The notes beneath the pieces are model-generated. The model searched no databases. It had not been told where the DNA came from and was given only the letters and a program-made list of their open reading frames with translations. A stretch of DNA of 64,000 bases from Octopus bimaculoides (lineage: Eukaryota): assembly GCF_001194135.2 (NCBI RefSeq), contig NC_069003.1, positions 21,269,284 through 21,333,283 on the forward strand, in the 5' to 3' direction. Made by a program: the position numbers and the translations under genes. Numbering within the stretch: the first letter of the stretch is position 1; the number at the start of each line of letters is the position of its first letter. Positions 1-13,654 of the stretch are shown here, in pieces.

Positions 1-913
1 TCACTCACAAGGCTTCGGTCAGCTTAGGGCTATAGTAGACATTTGCCCAAAGTGCTTCACAGTGGTACTGAACACAAGATTGGGAAGCAAGCTTTCTGTG
101 TGTGTGTGTGTGAGGACTTAGAAATTTTTGTGTATTGAGATCCTAAAACCAAGGTGCCAAGTAGAAAAAGCACCCAGTACACTCTGCAAAGTTGTTGATG
201 TTAGTAAGGGCTAAACCAAGCCAAAACAGACTATGGAACATGGTGCAGCCCCTGGCCTTGCCAGTTCTTATCAGTTCCAACCAATGCCAGTAAACATTTG
301 CCCTACTTTCTGCTGTTTGCATTTCCAAAAAGTGTGGCTGGCCCTACACAAGCCTTCACTATTGAAACAAGTCATCTGTGTAGGTAGTCTAACTGCTGGC
401 TGTTGGACTTACGTATGTTGAAATGAAATGATCTGTTTTACACACACACACATATATATACGATGGGCTTCTTTCTACCCGATCCACTCACAAGGCTTTG
501 GTCAGTCTGAGGCTATAGTAGAAGACACTTTTCCAAGGTGTTCCACAGTGGCACTGAACTTAAAAGCATCTGGTTGGGAAGCAAACTTCTTACCACACAG
601 CCATACCTGCACCTATCATCATCATCGTTTAATGTCTGCCTTCCATGCTGGCTTGGGTTGGATGATTTGACAGGAGACAGCCTGCACCAGGCTTCTGTGT
701 CTGTTTTTGCAGGGTTTTTACGGCTGGATGCCCTTCCTAACACCAACCACCCAGCAGAGTGGACTGAGTGCATTTTATGTGGTACAAGCACAGGTGAGGT
801 CAGTTTTGACATGGTTTTTACAACTGGATGCCTTTCAAAACACCAACCACTTTACAGTGTGGACTGGATGCTTTTTATGTGGCATCAGCACTATATATAT
901 TTCTCTCCCTGTT

Positions 914-951
914 TCTTTCTGTGGAAGAGCGTAGGCTCGAAACATTAAAGA
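914..951 (+). ncRNA. Degenerate minimal hammerhead-like motif in a probable Penelope-like repeat
   Basis: TCTTT-CTGTGGA-A-GAGC-gtag-GCTC-GAAA-CATT-AAAGA. Confidence 0.45.
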
Positions 952-1911
952 CTTTTTCACTTCCCGAGCATTAAACTAATACATCTGTTTGCTGTCTTCA
1001 CCACCTGTCTTTGTCTTTTGTTTTATTTGTGAATTCTCCCCCTATATATATATATTACCATTTTAATGTCCTGTTTTCTATGCTTGGATCAAATGAGATT
1101 TATTCAAGCAGAATTTCTATGACTAGATGCTTCTCTTGTGCTGGTGTTTTGGAAACTGCCCTCACTACACTCTGAAGTATGAGGTTATGAGGATTTTTTA
1201 GTCTTGCCAAGGACAGTGCACCTCTCTAGTGCTGGCTTCATGAAAATAACTATCTAGCACTATATGTAAAGTGGCACTAGGAAGGGCATCAAGACTTAGA
1301 AACCAAGCTACAAAGTGAAACAGGAATGAGAGGAGGTCTCTTGAACTGTAACCCTTGAATACATGTTTTGACTGACTCTGACAACAGTTTATGAACAATT
1401 CTACCAGCTGACTGCCTTTATAAAAGTAGTGATGATGATGTTTCCTTGTTTTGATATTGTATGGTTTCTGTAAATGAATGTCATTCATTTCCAGTGCTCT
1501 GCAAAAACGTGTCTGGCAATGGAGAAATATTACCCTGCTTAGAAACAGGTAAGGACAACTGATTGCAGAAAATCTGCCTCAGTAAACTCCATCCAACCCA
1601 TACAAGAATGGAGAAATGGATGTTACAGGCTAAGGTGTGGCTATATGATTAAGAAGTTTGCTTCCCAACCACAAGGTTCTGGGTCCAATCTCACTATGTG
1701 GCACCTTGGGCAAGTGTCTTCTACAAAAGCTTTGTGAGTGGATTTAGTTGATGGAAACTGAAAGAAGCCTGTCATAGATGTGTGTGTGTGTGTGTGTGTG
1801 TCCCACCACTGCTTGACAACTAGTTTTGGTTTGTCTATATCCCTGTAACTTTTACTGAACCACTAAGTTATGGGGATGTAAACACACCAACACCAGTTGT
1901 CAAGTGGTGGT

Positions 1912-1947
<36 letters not shown>

Positions 1948-2546
1948 CCAGGTTCCTTCCAGTTTTCTTCTACCAAATCCACTCAAAAGTTTTTGGTCAG
2001 CCTGAGGCTATAGTAGAAAACAACTGCCCAAGGTGCCATGTAGCAGTTTTGAACCTGGAACCATTTGGCTGGATGGCAAGCTCCTTACTTCACAGCCATG
2101 CCTGCACCTAGAGTCAGTTTTGACATTTATTCCAGGGAGTCTGATTCTGTAGACGGAGTTCCCTCTCCCCACTCTTCCAAAAATCTGATTCTGTTGACAG
2201 GCCCTAACCCCCACTTTAAAAATCAGCTCAATTCTGTTGCCCACCCCCCTACATTTTAAAAATAAGTTCCATCGTTATATAATTAATAAACCAATGATGA
2301 CATAAGCCAATGAAAGAGCCTTTGCATGGTTGATAGACCTGCTGGAAATACTAGCCAAATTTCCTTCATATCAGTCACTATTGTCTTCAGAAAGGAAGAA
2401 TACATTCGATAATGTAAGCCTAGGTACAATGTGTCCAAGGGAGGAAAAAATGGGATGGTTATGGTTGGAATGCCTTTGATCATAAGTCTACACAACTGGG
2501 ACCGACCTGGGGCTAAACAACAACAACAACAACATTTATGATGATG

Positions 2547-3520
2547 TTAGCAGTAATTGTTAAGGATTGGATGATGGAATAGTAAGTCTGTATGTGTGAG
2601 GTGATAAATGTTGCAAAAGTGGTGGTGGTCATGATGAGGAAAATGGAGGTGGTGGTGGTGGTGACGATTGTGACTTAATAGTAATAGGGAGTGGTTAATT
2701 GATGGTTTTGGAAACAAGCGGTGAATATGGTGAAGATGATAACGATAATGAGGAAAAGATGTTGATGAAAATGAGGTTGATGACATTATGATGGTGTTGG
2801 TGATGACAATTTGAATGACAGTGATAGTGATGACAAAGGTGATTATTGTGGCAATAGTGATGACATTGACAATGGTGATTATGATGATGAAGGTGACATT
2901 GGTGATAACATTGATGACAAAGATGATGATGATGGTGATTATGCTGACGGAAATAAGGGATGGTTAATCGCCAGAATTAGAAATGAGTGATGAATATGAT
3001 GAAGAAGACAATGACATCAATAGTAATGTTGATGACAACAATAATGATGATAATGATGTTGATGATGATGACGACAAAGGTGATTATGATGACAACAATG
3101 AGAATGATAACATTGATGATGATGGTTATGATGATGAAGGTGAGAGAGATGATGACAAGGATGATGATGGTGGGGATTATGACAATGGTAATAGTGGATG
3201 GTTAAATGATGGTGTTAGAAATAAGTGATGATAATGCTGTTGATGAAAACCAGGTTGATGACAATATGATGGTGTTGGTGATGACAATGTTGATGACAGT
3301 GACGATGACGACAAAAGTGATTATGATGATGACAATGACAATGCTGATAACATTGACAATGATGGTTATGATGATGATGACAGTGATGATGACGATGATG
3401 ATGATGATGATAATGGTGGTGGTAAAAATTACAACAATGGCAATAGTGGGTGGTTGATAGCTGGTGCTAGAAACCAATGATGACGGTGTTAATAAAGATG
3501 ATGATGATGATGATGCTAAC
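2547..3520. repeat. (GAT/GAC/GGT)-based low-complexity region with a cryptic ~250-bp higher-order repeat
   Basis: Anchor TGGTT(A/G)A..AGAAA recurs at 2692, 2961, 3199, 3451. Confidence 0.8.
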
Positions 3521-3984
3521 GAGCCGATGATGACGATGGCAGGACAATGTTATAACTCAAACGGTGAGACTGTCAGTGTGAACTAGCTGAGAAATTCATT
3601 TTAGCTTTAATGTTCGTGACTGAAAGTTGATATCCACATAAATGGTTATAGACACCGTTTACGATGGTGGTGATGCGGTTTGGGTAGGGTAGATGGTGGG
3701 GGACGACAGAACCACTGTTGTTGTTGTTGTTCATGTGACTGAGAAACATACTATACAGTGGTTTATTATATGGGGCTATAGCATGGTAGTCTCAACATGG
3801 TGGTGGTAGTGGTAATATTAGTACTGTAGTTGTTGCAATGAGTGGTATTGATGTTAGTATTGTTGGTGGTGTTGATGTTAGTGTTGTTGTTGTAGTGGTG
3901 GTGGTGGTGATATTGTACTTGTTCAGAATAGTGGTGATGTTGTTGGTGGTGGTGTCTTTGTGATTAAGGATTACCTTATCTTTT

Positions 3985-4338
3985 ACTTGTTTCACTCGTT
4001 AGACTGTGGCCATGCTGGAGCACCGCCATAAAGAATTTTTAGTCAAATGAATCAACCCCAGAACTTATTTAGTCCTGGTACTTATTTTATTGATCATTTT
4101 TGCCAAACCACTAAGTTACAGGGATGTAAACACACCAACATTAGTTAGCAAGTGGTGGCAGGGGATAAACACACACACACACATGGCAGGCTTCTTTCAG
4201 TTTCCATCTACCAAATCCCCTCACAAAGCTTTGGTTGGCCCACGGTTAAAGTGGAAGATACTTGCCCAAGATGCCATGCAGTGGGACTGAACCTGGAATC
4301 ATGTGGTTGGGAAGCAAGCTTCTTACCACACAGCCACG
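3985..4338 (-). mobile_element. SINE family A, reverse orientation
   Basis: Reverse complement of the family A consensus. Confidence 0.85.
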
Positions 4339-5149
4339 TATTGGTTTATTATATAGATTGTGGTATAGGTGTCAAGACAGAGTGGTGACATTGATAGTAG
4401 TGGTGGTAGTGTTATGTTAGTAGTTATGGTGATGATGATTGTAGTATTGGAGCCAACATTGCTGGTGGTGACTCTGGTATTACACAGAAGATAGCAGTGG
4501 TAGAGGTACTGGTCTTGAAGCTGACAATAGTTGTGGTGGTGTTAGTGCTGTTGTTGATGATGATGAGGATGATTGTGTGGTATTAATGGTAGTACAAGTG
4601 GTAATGTTGGTTTTTTTGTTGTTGTTTAGCTTCAGACAAAGAACTGCAATGTTTGATGATAGTTTTGGAGTAAAACCTGCCCCCCCACCCCACCCCACCT
4701 GCAAGAATGGTGAAATTAATGTTGATGGCCATGAGGAAAGCTGGGAGTCATGATGTCTATACAAGAGTGTTTCATCATATGACAATGGGCAATTTTGGAA
4801 ATATATTTTTTCTACCACCATGGGTAATATCAGGAAATATTCTTTTCTACTCTAGGCACAAGACCCAAAATTTTGAAGGAGGGGGCCAGTTAATTAGATT
4901 AACCCCAGTATGCAACTGATACTTAATTTATCGACCCTAAAAAGATGAAAGGCAAAGTCGACCTCGGTGGAATTTAATATCAGGAAATATTGCAATACAT
5001 ACTATAATTATAATTTAACTTTTACCAAATTTCTTGGTGCTTTAATCAAAATGGTAAAATGAATACTAATTTTCAAAAGAAGAAACCTGCATGATCAGAC
5101 ATTCCAAGTTGATCATTCAGAATCATTTTAAACATAGTTGTAATCATGG

Positions 5150-5475
5150 AGGGAAGGTGCATGGCTTAGTGGTTAGGGTATTTGACTCACAGTTTTAACC
5201 TTGCGAGTTCAATTCCTGGCAGTGCGTTGTGTCCTTGAGCAAGACACTTTATTTCACGTTGCTCCAGTTCACTCAGCTGGCAATGATGAGTTGTACCTGT
5301 AATTCAAAGGACCAGCCTTATCACATTCTGTGTCATACTGATCCCACTGAGAACTATGTTAAGGGTACGCATGTCTGTGGAGCGCTCAGCCATTTGCACG
5401 TTAATTTCATGAGTAGGCTGTTTTGTTGATCAGATCAACTGGAACCCTTAATGTCATAACTGATGGAGTGCCCAG
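5150..5475 (+). mobile_element. SINE family B' (tRNA head, CORE-like GTGTCCTTGAGCAAGACACTT body, tail shared with family B)
   Basis: Colinear with 27354-27668 and 44258-44555. Confidence 0.85.
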
Positions 5476-5479
5476 TTTT

Positions 5480-6050
5480 TAGACATCGAAAATTGAACCA
5501 AATTCGACGACTGGCACCCATGCTAACCTTCCTTTATTGGACACTAAACTCAGCTTGCGAAGGCCTGTTGGGGCAAGTGAGATCGAAACTGAACCAAATT
5601 CGATGACTGGCACCTGTGCCAGTGGAGTGCTAACAGCACTATCAGAGCAGGATCACTGCCAGAGCAGTGGTCTCGCTTCCGTGCTGGTGGCACGTAAAAA
5701 GCACCATTTGAGCGCGATCGTTTCCAGCTTCACCTTACTGGCACTCGTGCCGGTGGCATGTGAACAAAACATAGGACTGACTTCTGTGCAGGTAGCACGT
5801 AAAAAACACCATTTGAGCGTGGCCGTTGCCAGTACCGCTGGGCTGGCCCTTGTGCTGGTGGCATGTAAAAAGCACCCACTACACTCTCGGAGTGGTTGAC
5901 ATTAGGAAGGGCATCCAGCTGTAGAAACACTGCCCGATCAGATTGGAGTCTGGTGTAGCCATCTGGTTCACCAGTCCCCAGTCAAATCATCCAACCCATG
6001 CTAGCATGGAAAACGGACGTTAAATGATGATGATGATGATGATCATCATC
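5480..6050 (+). mobile_element. RTE-tail-related repeat (family D) with internal tandem GTG(CT)GGTGGCA(C/T)GTAAAAAGCACC units and a (GAT)n tail
   Basis: Same 3' end as 21490-21720 and 21866-22020. Shorter copies at ~150-330, 610-890(-), 6040-6250(-), 6960-7210(-), 31004-31250(-), 36280-36440(-), 36765-37075, 63225-63400. Confidence 0.8.
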
Positions 6051-6529
6051 ATCAATTAATGTCCATGTTTCATACTGGCATTGGTTGAACAGTTTGACGA
6101 GATCTGATGGGTTCAAGAACTCCATTGTGCACCAATATCTGCTTCAGCACAGTTTTTCCAGCTGGATGCCAACCACTTTACTACAGTGTGTACTGCATGC
6201 TTTTTCTATGCTGCCAGCACTAATGAGATTGCTATGTTGCTTACCAATCACTTTACAGTTGCTTGCATAGCTAGATATGTCACTCGACCTGTCAAATCTT
6301 CTCAGCTTTCTGATTCTCACGCCACCACTTGCGTATTTACTATACCGTGCCCCCCACACCCCACCCTGCAATGGGAAATGGCACTTGATCTATCCATATT
6401 CAATCCACCCTGCCAGTCACTTTACAGTGTGTACTGCATGCTTTTTTCATGCTAATGAGGTTGCCATGTAGCTTGCATGACTACAAACCCTGAAAGGAAA
6501 GCTTTAAACTAAGAGATGTGGGTTTAGAC

Positions 6530-6848
6530 AGGTGGCTCTAAACTATTCTTTACCTATGGATTCCTTTGATTACTGTTTTATTCTGGTGGACCTCCATAGC
6601 CATTCAATGTTTAAAAACTTGTTTTATAGAAACTTCTTTCAAAATTCCTGTTTTTGTTTTTCCCACATTAACTTGTATAGGTTGAACTAAGTAAAATGTT
6701 AGAGAAAGAAACCTAGCTGTTGCTTGCAATACATACATCTAAAACAAAATTTTCTTCAGGGGCCCTTAAAATGCTATTGTGGATTCCCCGTTTATTTTGT
6801 TGCATGGACCCCACAAAATCTTATATGGACCCTGGTTGAGAACCACTG
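6530..6848 (+). mobile_element. Degenerate hAT (Charlie-type) MITE
   Basis: Right TIR GTTGAGAACCACTG, decayed left TIR AGGTGGCTCTAAAC, TSD-like GTTTAGAC / GGTTAGAG. Confidence 0.6.
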
Positions 6849-7616
6849 GGTTAGAGTAGGAGAGAAATGGACAAAGCTGTGGAGGAGCTACATCATAGAT
6901 GGGAGTGACTGGGTAGAGCCGGGGAGAGAGAAAAATAATGGGGATGAGGTACCAGAGAGGATGTAAGTAATTATTTTAAATCCATTTTCCATGCCAGCAT
7001 GGTTGGGATGAGTTATCCCTCACAATCTATGTTTATTCTTAATAGGGGTTACTTCCCCACTAGACAGGTTAGTAAAACACTTCTTATTCTTGCATTTCAC
7101 TTTTGGCTTGGTTTCTATGGTTGGATGTCCTTCCAAACACTAACAACTTTACAAAGTATACTGGGTGCATTTTATCATAGCATCAGCACTAGGGAGGTTG
7201 CCATGTCCCCTACAAGACTGAGGGTCTTCTCAACCTCATGTTGTGTTCATTCGTTCACCAATAACTTTACAGAGAGTATGGTATAGTCTGTGGATTCAGC
7301 ACTAATGGGTTTGTCTTCTACCTTGGAAGACTAAAGCTCCCTCGCTAGTCTGTGGTGTGTCTCTTAACACAAGACAGTAAGACCAAGATGAAAACAGATA
7401 AAGCAAAAGTAGAAGAAAATCAAGACAGACGGGTGAAGGTAACAAGAGTGTGGATAGTAACAGCAGTAGACAATGATGAAAGGAAGTGATGGATGTCGAT
7501 AACAACTAACCTGGAGAGCGAGAGAGAGAGAGAGAGTGAAAAGTGGTAGCATAGAAAGGGTGATGGTAGGGTACTGGAGACAAGCAGATTTGTTGCAGTT
7601 CTTATATATATATATA

Positions 7617-7659
<43 letters not shown>

Positions 7660-8989
7660 NNNNNNNNNNNNNNNNNNNNNNNNNNNNNNNNNNNNNNNNN
7701 NNNNNNNNNNNNNNNNNNNNNNNNNNNNNNNNNNNNNNNNNNNNNNNNNNNNNNNNNNNNNNNNNNNNNNNNNNNNNNNNNNNNNNNNNNNNNNNNNNNN
7801 NNNNNNNNNNNNNNNNNNNNNNNNNNNNNNNNNNNNNNNNNNNNNNNNNNNNNNNNNNNNNNNNNNNNNNNNNNNNNNNNNNNNNNNNNNNNNNNNNNNN
7901 NNNNNNNNNNNNNNNNNNNNNNNNNNNNNNNNNNNNNNNNNNNNNNNNNNNNNNNNNNNNNNNNNNNNNNNNNNNNNNNNNNNNNNNNNNNNNNNNNNNN
8001 NNNNNNNNNNNNNNNNNNNNNNNNNNNNNNNNNNNTATGCATATATACATATATATATATGCATATATACATACGTATATGTACACACATCTATACGTAT
8101 ATATATATATATATGCATATGTGGGCTCAGGACGTCATGAAACGGGTACAACAAAAAAATACGAAGTACAAGTACATGGAATATGAACTATTTTTTCGGA
8201 CAACGAAAGACACAAATGGAAAACAAGACAAACAGCCATACCTGCACCTATATATAAAACCACACATACATTGGCATTGTAATAGATGAAAGAGATAGAG
8301 TTGTAATAATGGGAATAGGGTGGATTGCATATGGATAGATCTAATGCAGGGTGGGGGGCATGGTACAGCAAATAGGAGAGAGGTGGGGGTGAGAATCAGA
8401 GAGCTGAGAAGATAGGAAGGGTATAGTGACATACCAAGATAGATGAGCAATGTAATACAGTGAATGGGAGAGAGTACAAGGGAGGTGTCAATCGACAGGG
8501 GATGTAGCAGATGTAGAATTAAGAAAAACATTGAGAAGTCCAAATCTCTATAATAATAGTTGATATTTATGTTGGTTGGTTGATTTCTCCAGACATGCTT
8601 TACATTGTATAGAGAGAGTTGCAGAATGAGTGCACATACTAGACTTGGTGGCAGGAGGAGGAAGTAAATGACAGTAGTAATGGGAGGAGTTATACAAATG
8701 AGAAATTGAAATTTGTTTTTATTTAAAAATATTTTTTACTTTTGAAAATTAGTATTCATTTCACCATTTTGTATATGCATCAAGAAATCTGATTGAATTC
8801 TAATCATAGTATGCTTTAACATATTTCCTGATATTGCCCATGGTGATAAGAAATATACTTCCCAAGTTACCCATTGTCAAATGATGAAACACTAGTATAA
8901 ACATATCATAGCTCTCAAACTTCCTCACTACAACCAATTCAACATTAATTTCGCCATTCTTGTACAAGGAAAAGAGGTCAGTTTTTCTC

Positions 8990-9530
8990 CACCAATATCA
9001 CTAAAAATTGCAGTTCTGTGTCAACTTCTTCCCTGAGGCTCAACATCCTCATTTCTTCCTGGCTCTTTCTCATCCATAGGCTCCATCCACTTTAAGTACT
9101 CTGCACGTCACATACCTTTACCAATGTATCCCTCTCTATTCCACTTACTAGGACACCTCTTATATCCAAATTTTCTCTTAGTTCATTTCTACTTTGTTGT
9201 TCATACTAACATTACATGCTTGCTTCAGTTCTTTCTAAATCTGCTGCATCCAAGGCCTGCATATTTCTACCATGCAGCATTATCTTTCATACAAAAGTCT
9301 CATGCAATTTATCCTACCCTGTGAGGATGAAACCCTTTTGTTAGCCACAGATATAAACACCCTCCCACCACTGAATGTTTTCCGTTCCATCCTTACTCTG
9401 GTTTCTACACTCTCAGAATACTCACTCCCAATACTAATCAGATCAGAGGTAATGAAAGCTATCAACTACTTCTGTTCCTATAGCTAGACATGTATGAAGA
9501 TGCTCCTTTACAACTATTACATGATGAGAA
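8990..9530 (-). mobile_element. RTE-type LINE ORF2 3' fragment, degenerate
   Basis: Broken translation YSESVETRVRMERKTF...KRVSSSQGR...; downstream ACNVS.. and GRGRP-like region resemble RTE RT C-termini. Confidence 0.65.
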
Positions 9531-10419
9531 CTTTGTTCATTTTATGTCTACCAAATAAATCTATCCAAGGCTATAGTAGAAGTGAAACTGAACCCCAAAA
9601 CACAAGATTAGGGAGCAAGTTTTTAACATTTTTTGTTTCTATGCTAGTATGGGTTAGACAAGTATGATTGAAATATAACTGTATTCAAATTCCTGAGGCT
9701 GGAGTAGAAAACACTTCCTCTAGGTCCCATGCAGTGTAACTGAACCTGTAACCGTGTGGTTGTAAAGCAAACTTAACCACAAAGCTAAAAATTACCAAAT
9801 GAAAAAAAAAAAATTAATAAATAAAATAGGCAAAGGTTTGACTATGTGGTGAGAAGCTTACTTACCAGCCAAATAGTTCCAGGTTCAGTCCCACTGTGCC
9901 TCAGGTTGACTGAAACCTTGTGAGTGATTTTGGTAGATGGAAGTTCCCATCATGTGTGTGTGTGAAAGTGCTCATGCCTCTTAACAGATAGGAAGGAACG
10001 TATATATATATANNNNNNNNNNNNNNNNNNNNNNNNNNNNNNNNNNNNNNNNNNNNNNNNNNNNNNNNNNNNNNNNNNNNNNNNNNNNNNNNNNNNNNNN
10101 NNNNNNNNNNNNNNNNNNNNNNNNNNNNNNNNNNNNNNNNNNNNNNNNNNNNNNNNNNNNNNNNNNNNNNNNNNNNNNNNNNNNNNNNNNNNNNNNNNNN
10201 NNNNNNNNNNNNNNNNNNNNNNNNNNNNNNNNNNNNNNNNNNNNNNNNNNNNNNNNNNNNNNNNNNNNGTAAAAATGTGTTTATTATGGTAGTTTGACCT
10301 TAGAGTCCCTCTTAGCGTGAGGCATTCATGTATAGTAATGCCCTTATATATATATATATATATATATATAGTGGTACGTAAGCCAAATCAGGAAATCTCT
10401 CGTAGAACTTTTTATCGAT

Positions 10420-10459
10420 GTACCTGTAGAGACCCAGAACAGGTCGAAACGTGTCGTAC
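10420..10459 (+). ncRNA. Minimal type-I hammerhead-ribozyme-like motif (Penelope-like-element type)
   Basis: Stem I GTAC/GTAC; core CTGTAGA (A6U); stem II GACC-cagaaca-GGTC; GAAA; stem III AC-gt-GT; C17; AATAAA follows. Confidence 0.6.
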
Positions 10460-13399
10460 CCAATAAAATCTTTTCTCCTTCCATCTATTTTATTAATACT
10501 GTTACCCCAACCGCCACTACAAAGTTCCTGTTATAAATCTACGGATAACAGCAGGTAATCAGAAGTGTGCTGGTGCTTTACTCATCATCTATTTGTACAT
10601 TTTGTATAATTTCTCCATTATATATAGATATCTGTCTGTGTGTTTTTTCTCCCATCACCACTTGACAACCAGTGTTGGTGTGTTTACATCCCTGTAACTT
10701 AGCAGTTCAGTAAAAGAAACCGATAGAATAAGTACCAGGCTTAACAAAATTAAGTACTGAGGTTGATTCATTCAACTAAAAATTCAATGTGGTGCCCCAG
10801 CATGGCTGCAGTCTAATGACTGAAAAANNNNNNNNNNNNNNNNNNNNNNNNNNNNNNNNNNNNNNNNNNNNNNNNNNNNNNNNNNNNNNNNNNNNNNNNN
10901 NNNNNNNNNNNNNNNNNNNNNNNNNNNNNNNNNNNNNNNNNNNNNNNNNNNNNNNNNNNNNNNNNNNNNNNNNNNNNNNNNNNNNNNNNNNNNNNNNNNN
11001 NNNNNNNNNNNNNNNNNNNNNNNNNNNNNNNNNNNNNNNNNNNNNNNNNNNNNNNNNNNNNNNNNNNNNNNNNNNNNNNNNNNNNNNNNNNNNNNNNNNN
11101 NNNNNNNNNNNNNNNNNNNNNNNNNNNNNNNNNNNNNNNNNNNNNNNNNNNNNNNNNNNNNNNNNNNNNNNNNNNNNNNNNNNNNNNNNNNNNNNNNNNN
11201 NNNNNNNNNNNNNNNNNNNNNNNNNNNNNNNNNNNNNNNNNNNNNNNNNNNNNNNNNNNNNNNNNNNNNNNNNNNNNNNNNNNNNNNNNNNNNNNNNNNN
11301 NNNNNNNNNNNNNNNNNNNNNNNNNNNNNNNNNNNNNNNNNNNNNNNNNNNNNNNNNNNNNNNNNNNNNNNNNNNNNNNNNNNNNNNNNNNNNNNNNNNN
11401 NNNNNNNNNNNNNNNNNNNNNNNNNNNNNNNNNNNNNNNNNNNNNNNNNNNNNNNNNNNNNNNNNNNNNNNNNNNNNNNNNNNNACAACAATAGAAGATA
11501 AAAAATAAATTTTTAAATGTTAAGACACACTTTGCCTACTTAGTAAATAAAACCCTTAATATCTCAGTCACCTCCAGAAAGATAGTGTACCGGCACCACT
11601 CCAAGACTTTTCGTTACATCACTCCTCTCTCTCTCTGCTTTTGACATGCCATTCACCTCCCCCATCCCATTTTCCACTTTTTCTCTCTCTTTCTCCAATT
11701 CACTCCCCCACCTCCATCACTGCTCTGTTGCTTTTTCTTTCTTTCTTTCACTTCTCCTATTCCTGGCTCTATAACTTTGCTCCACTCTGTCTCAACCAAC
11801 CAGCACTCCACACATCACTCAACCTTGAGGGGAGAAGACAGAGAAGGTAAATAAATTAACCTCCTCATCCAAAAATAATACAAAAAAAAAAAGAAAGAAA
11901 GAAAAACAGGAATTTGTTACTGTTGAAGAAGGAACGAGAGGTGAAGAGTCGGGAATAAGATTAGCTAATTTCTATATCCCTAAATCCCATATTTATTTTC
12001 TTGATCTACCCCACCTCCCCTGCCACTGTTTTTAATGAGATGGTGGTTGTGGTGGTAAGGGAATCTATTGATTCAATTCCTGTCTCAAATACTTTACAGG
12101 AATATCAAATCCACCCCGCTTCATTCTTTATAGAAGGGAAACAAGCAAAGTTGACCTTGGCAGGATTTGAACCCATAACTGAATACCACACCAGCATTAG
12201 TTGTGGCACACTAACCAGTTCTGCCATCCACCATCTATGATGCTCATTTTAAACTCACACTGCACTCAAACTCTCTCACCCCCACTTCTCTAACATCTAT
12301 CTATCCTTTTACTTTCATTTGAACCATCACTCTTTCTCCTTTACCTTCCTCCCACCATTTCTCTTGTTTTGTTCTGAACACTCATTGGTCAACGTCAATG
12401 CCAGTCATTTGATACAATCAAGAGGCAACCAATCACCCCCTCCACCACCACTAAGTTCTCAATAAACATCACCTATTGGTCAGTGACAGCCAGTCTCTCC
12501 TCTTCATTAGTCTTTTTCAATCCCCATCACCTTTATCTCTCTGGTTTTAACCCTATCTACCACACCACCATACATATTCAGTAACCCTACCTGTCTGTGA
12601 TGGAAGAGGGAACAGACAGTCTACTTTATTTATTACCCAACCACTCTATATTTATCTATTCATCTATCACCCTCCATTTTTATATAGCATTAAGAGACTT
12701 TTCAGACTTTCTCTAAGCAGATTATATATACCCTTTAACACTTATAAGGAACCCCCTAATTTTTGGGGCTTCAAATTTGGAAAAAAGGTTTTGTAAGGGA
12801 TTATATTACTATCCATGTATAGTAAACTCCCATATTTTTTAACCTAATTTTTGACAAAAAAGGGTTCGTTATACATGTTAAAATATGGTATATATATTTC
12901 ATTTAGGCATTGCAAGACCAATGGCCTGGTGTAGAACTCGGTGTATGTATGCTTCAGAATGGTAACAAGAAAATGAGATGACCAAGGAATAAAGAATTAT
13001 CTTATGAAGTTCATAAGATATTCCTTTGTCATATATATATATATATTCAATAATCAGTGCAGGTGGATTTGGTAGGCAGAAACTGAAAGAAGCCTGTCGT
13101 ATATACTTATATATATGTATGTGTGTCTTTGTTTGTCCACCCCCACCATTGACAACTGGTGTTGGTGTGTTTAAGTCCCCATAACTTAGCAGTTTGGCAA
13201 AAAGAGCTGATAGAATAAGTAACAGGCTTACAATAAATAAATAAAAATACTGGGGTTGACTTATTTGACTGAAAATTCTTCAAGGTGGTGCCCCCAGCAT
13301 GACTGCAATCTAAAGACTGAAACAAATAAAAAAAAAATAAGTTACAGAGTGCTAATACACGAAACTCTCAGCCTTTGAGTCATTCTGTAACTTCTGCTG

Positions 13400-13443
<44 letters not shown>

Positions 13444-13606
13444 ATAATAATAATATTAGGGATAAAATCCAAAATTACAGGTAAAAACTCAATTAAAATC
13501 AATTTATTAAAATTAAATTAAGCTTCACAGTATAAAATATATTAATATATAGTATTAGTGGATTTTCATCGATGAGTTCATAAACCTTGGTTCTTTTCCC
13601 TAATAC

Positions 13607-13654
<48 letters not shown>

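Noticed and set aside
2983-3457. Asp-rich or Met-rich ORFs as genes
   Set aside because: Alternative frames of a GAT/GAC repeat; no signal peptide or splice context, and units end in stops with shared frameshifts.
5537-5899. 120-aa ORF with repeated LVARKKHHLS units
   Set aside because: Translation of tandem units in a non-coding RTE-tail repeat present in many copies.
7364-8186. Long ORFs in the track here and at 10784-11508 and 36891-38222
   Set aside because: Artefacts of translating through N-runs and TA repeats.
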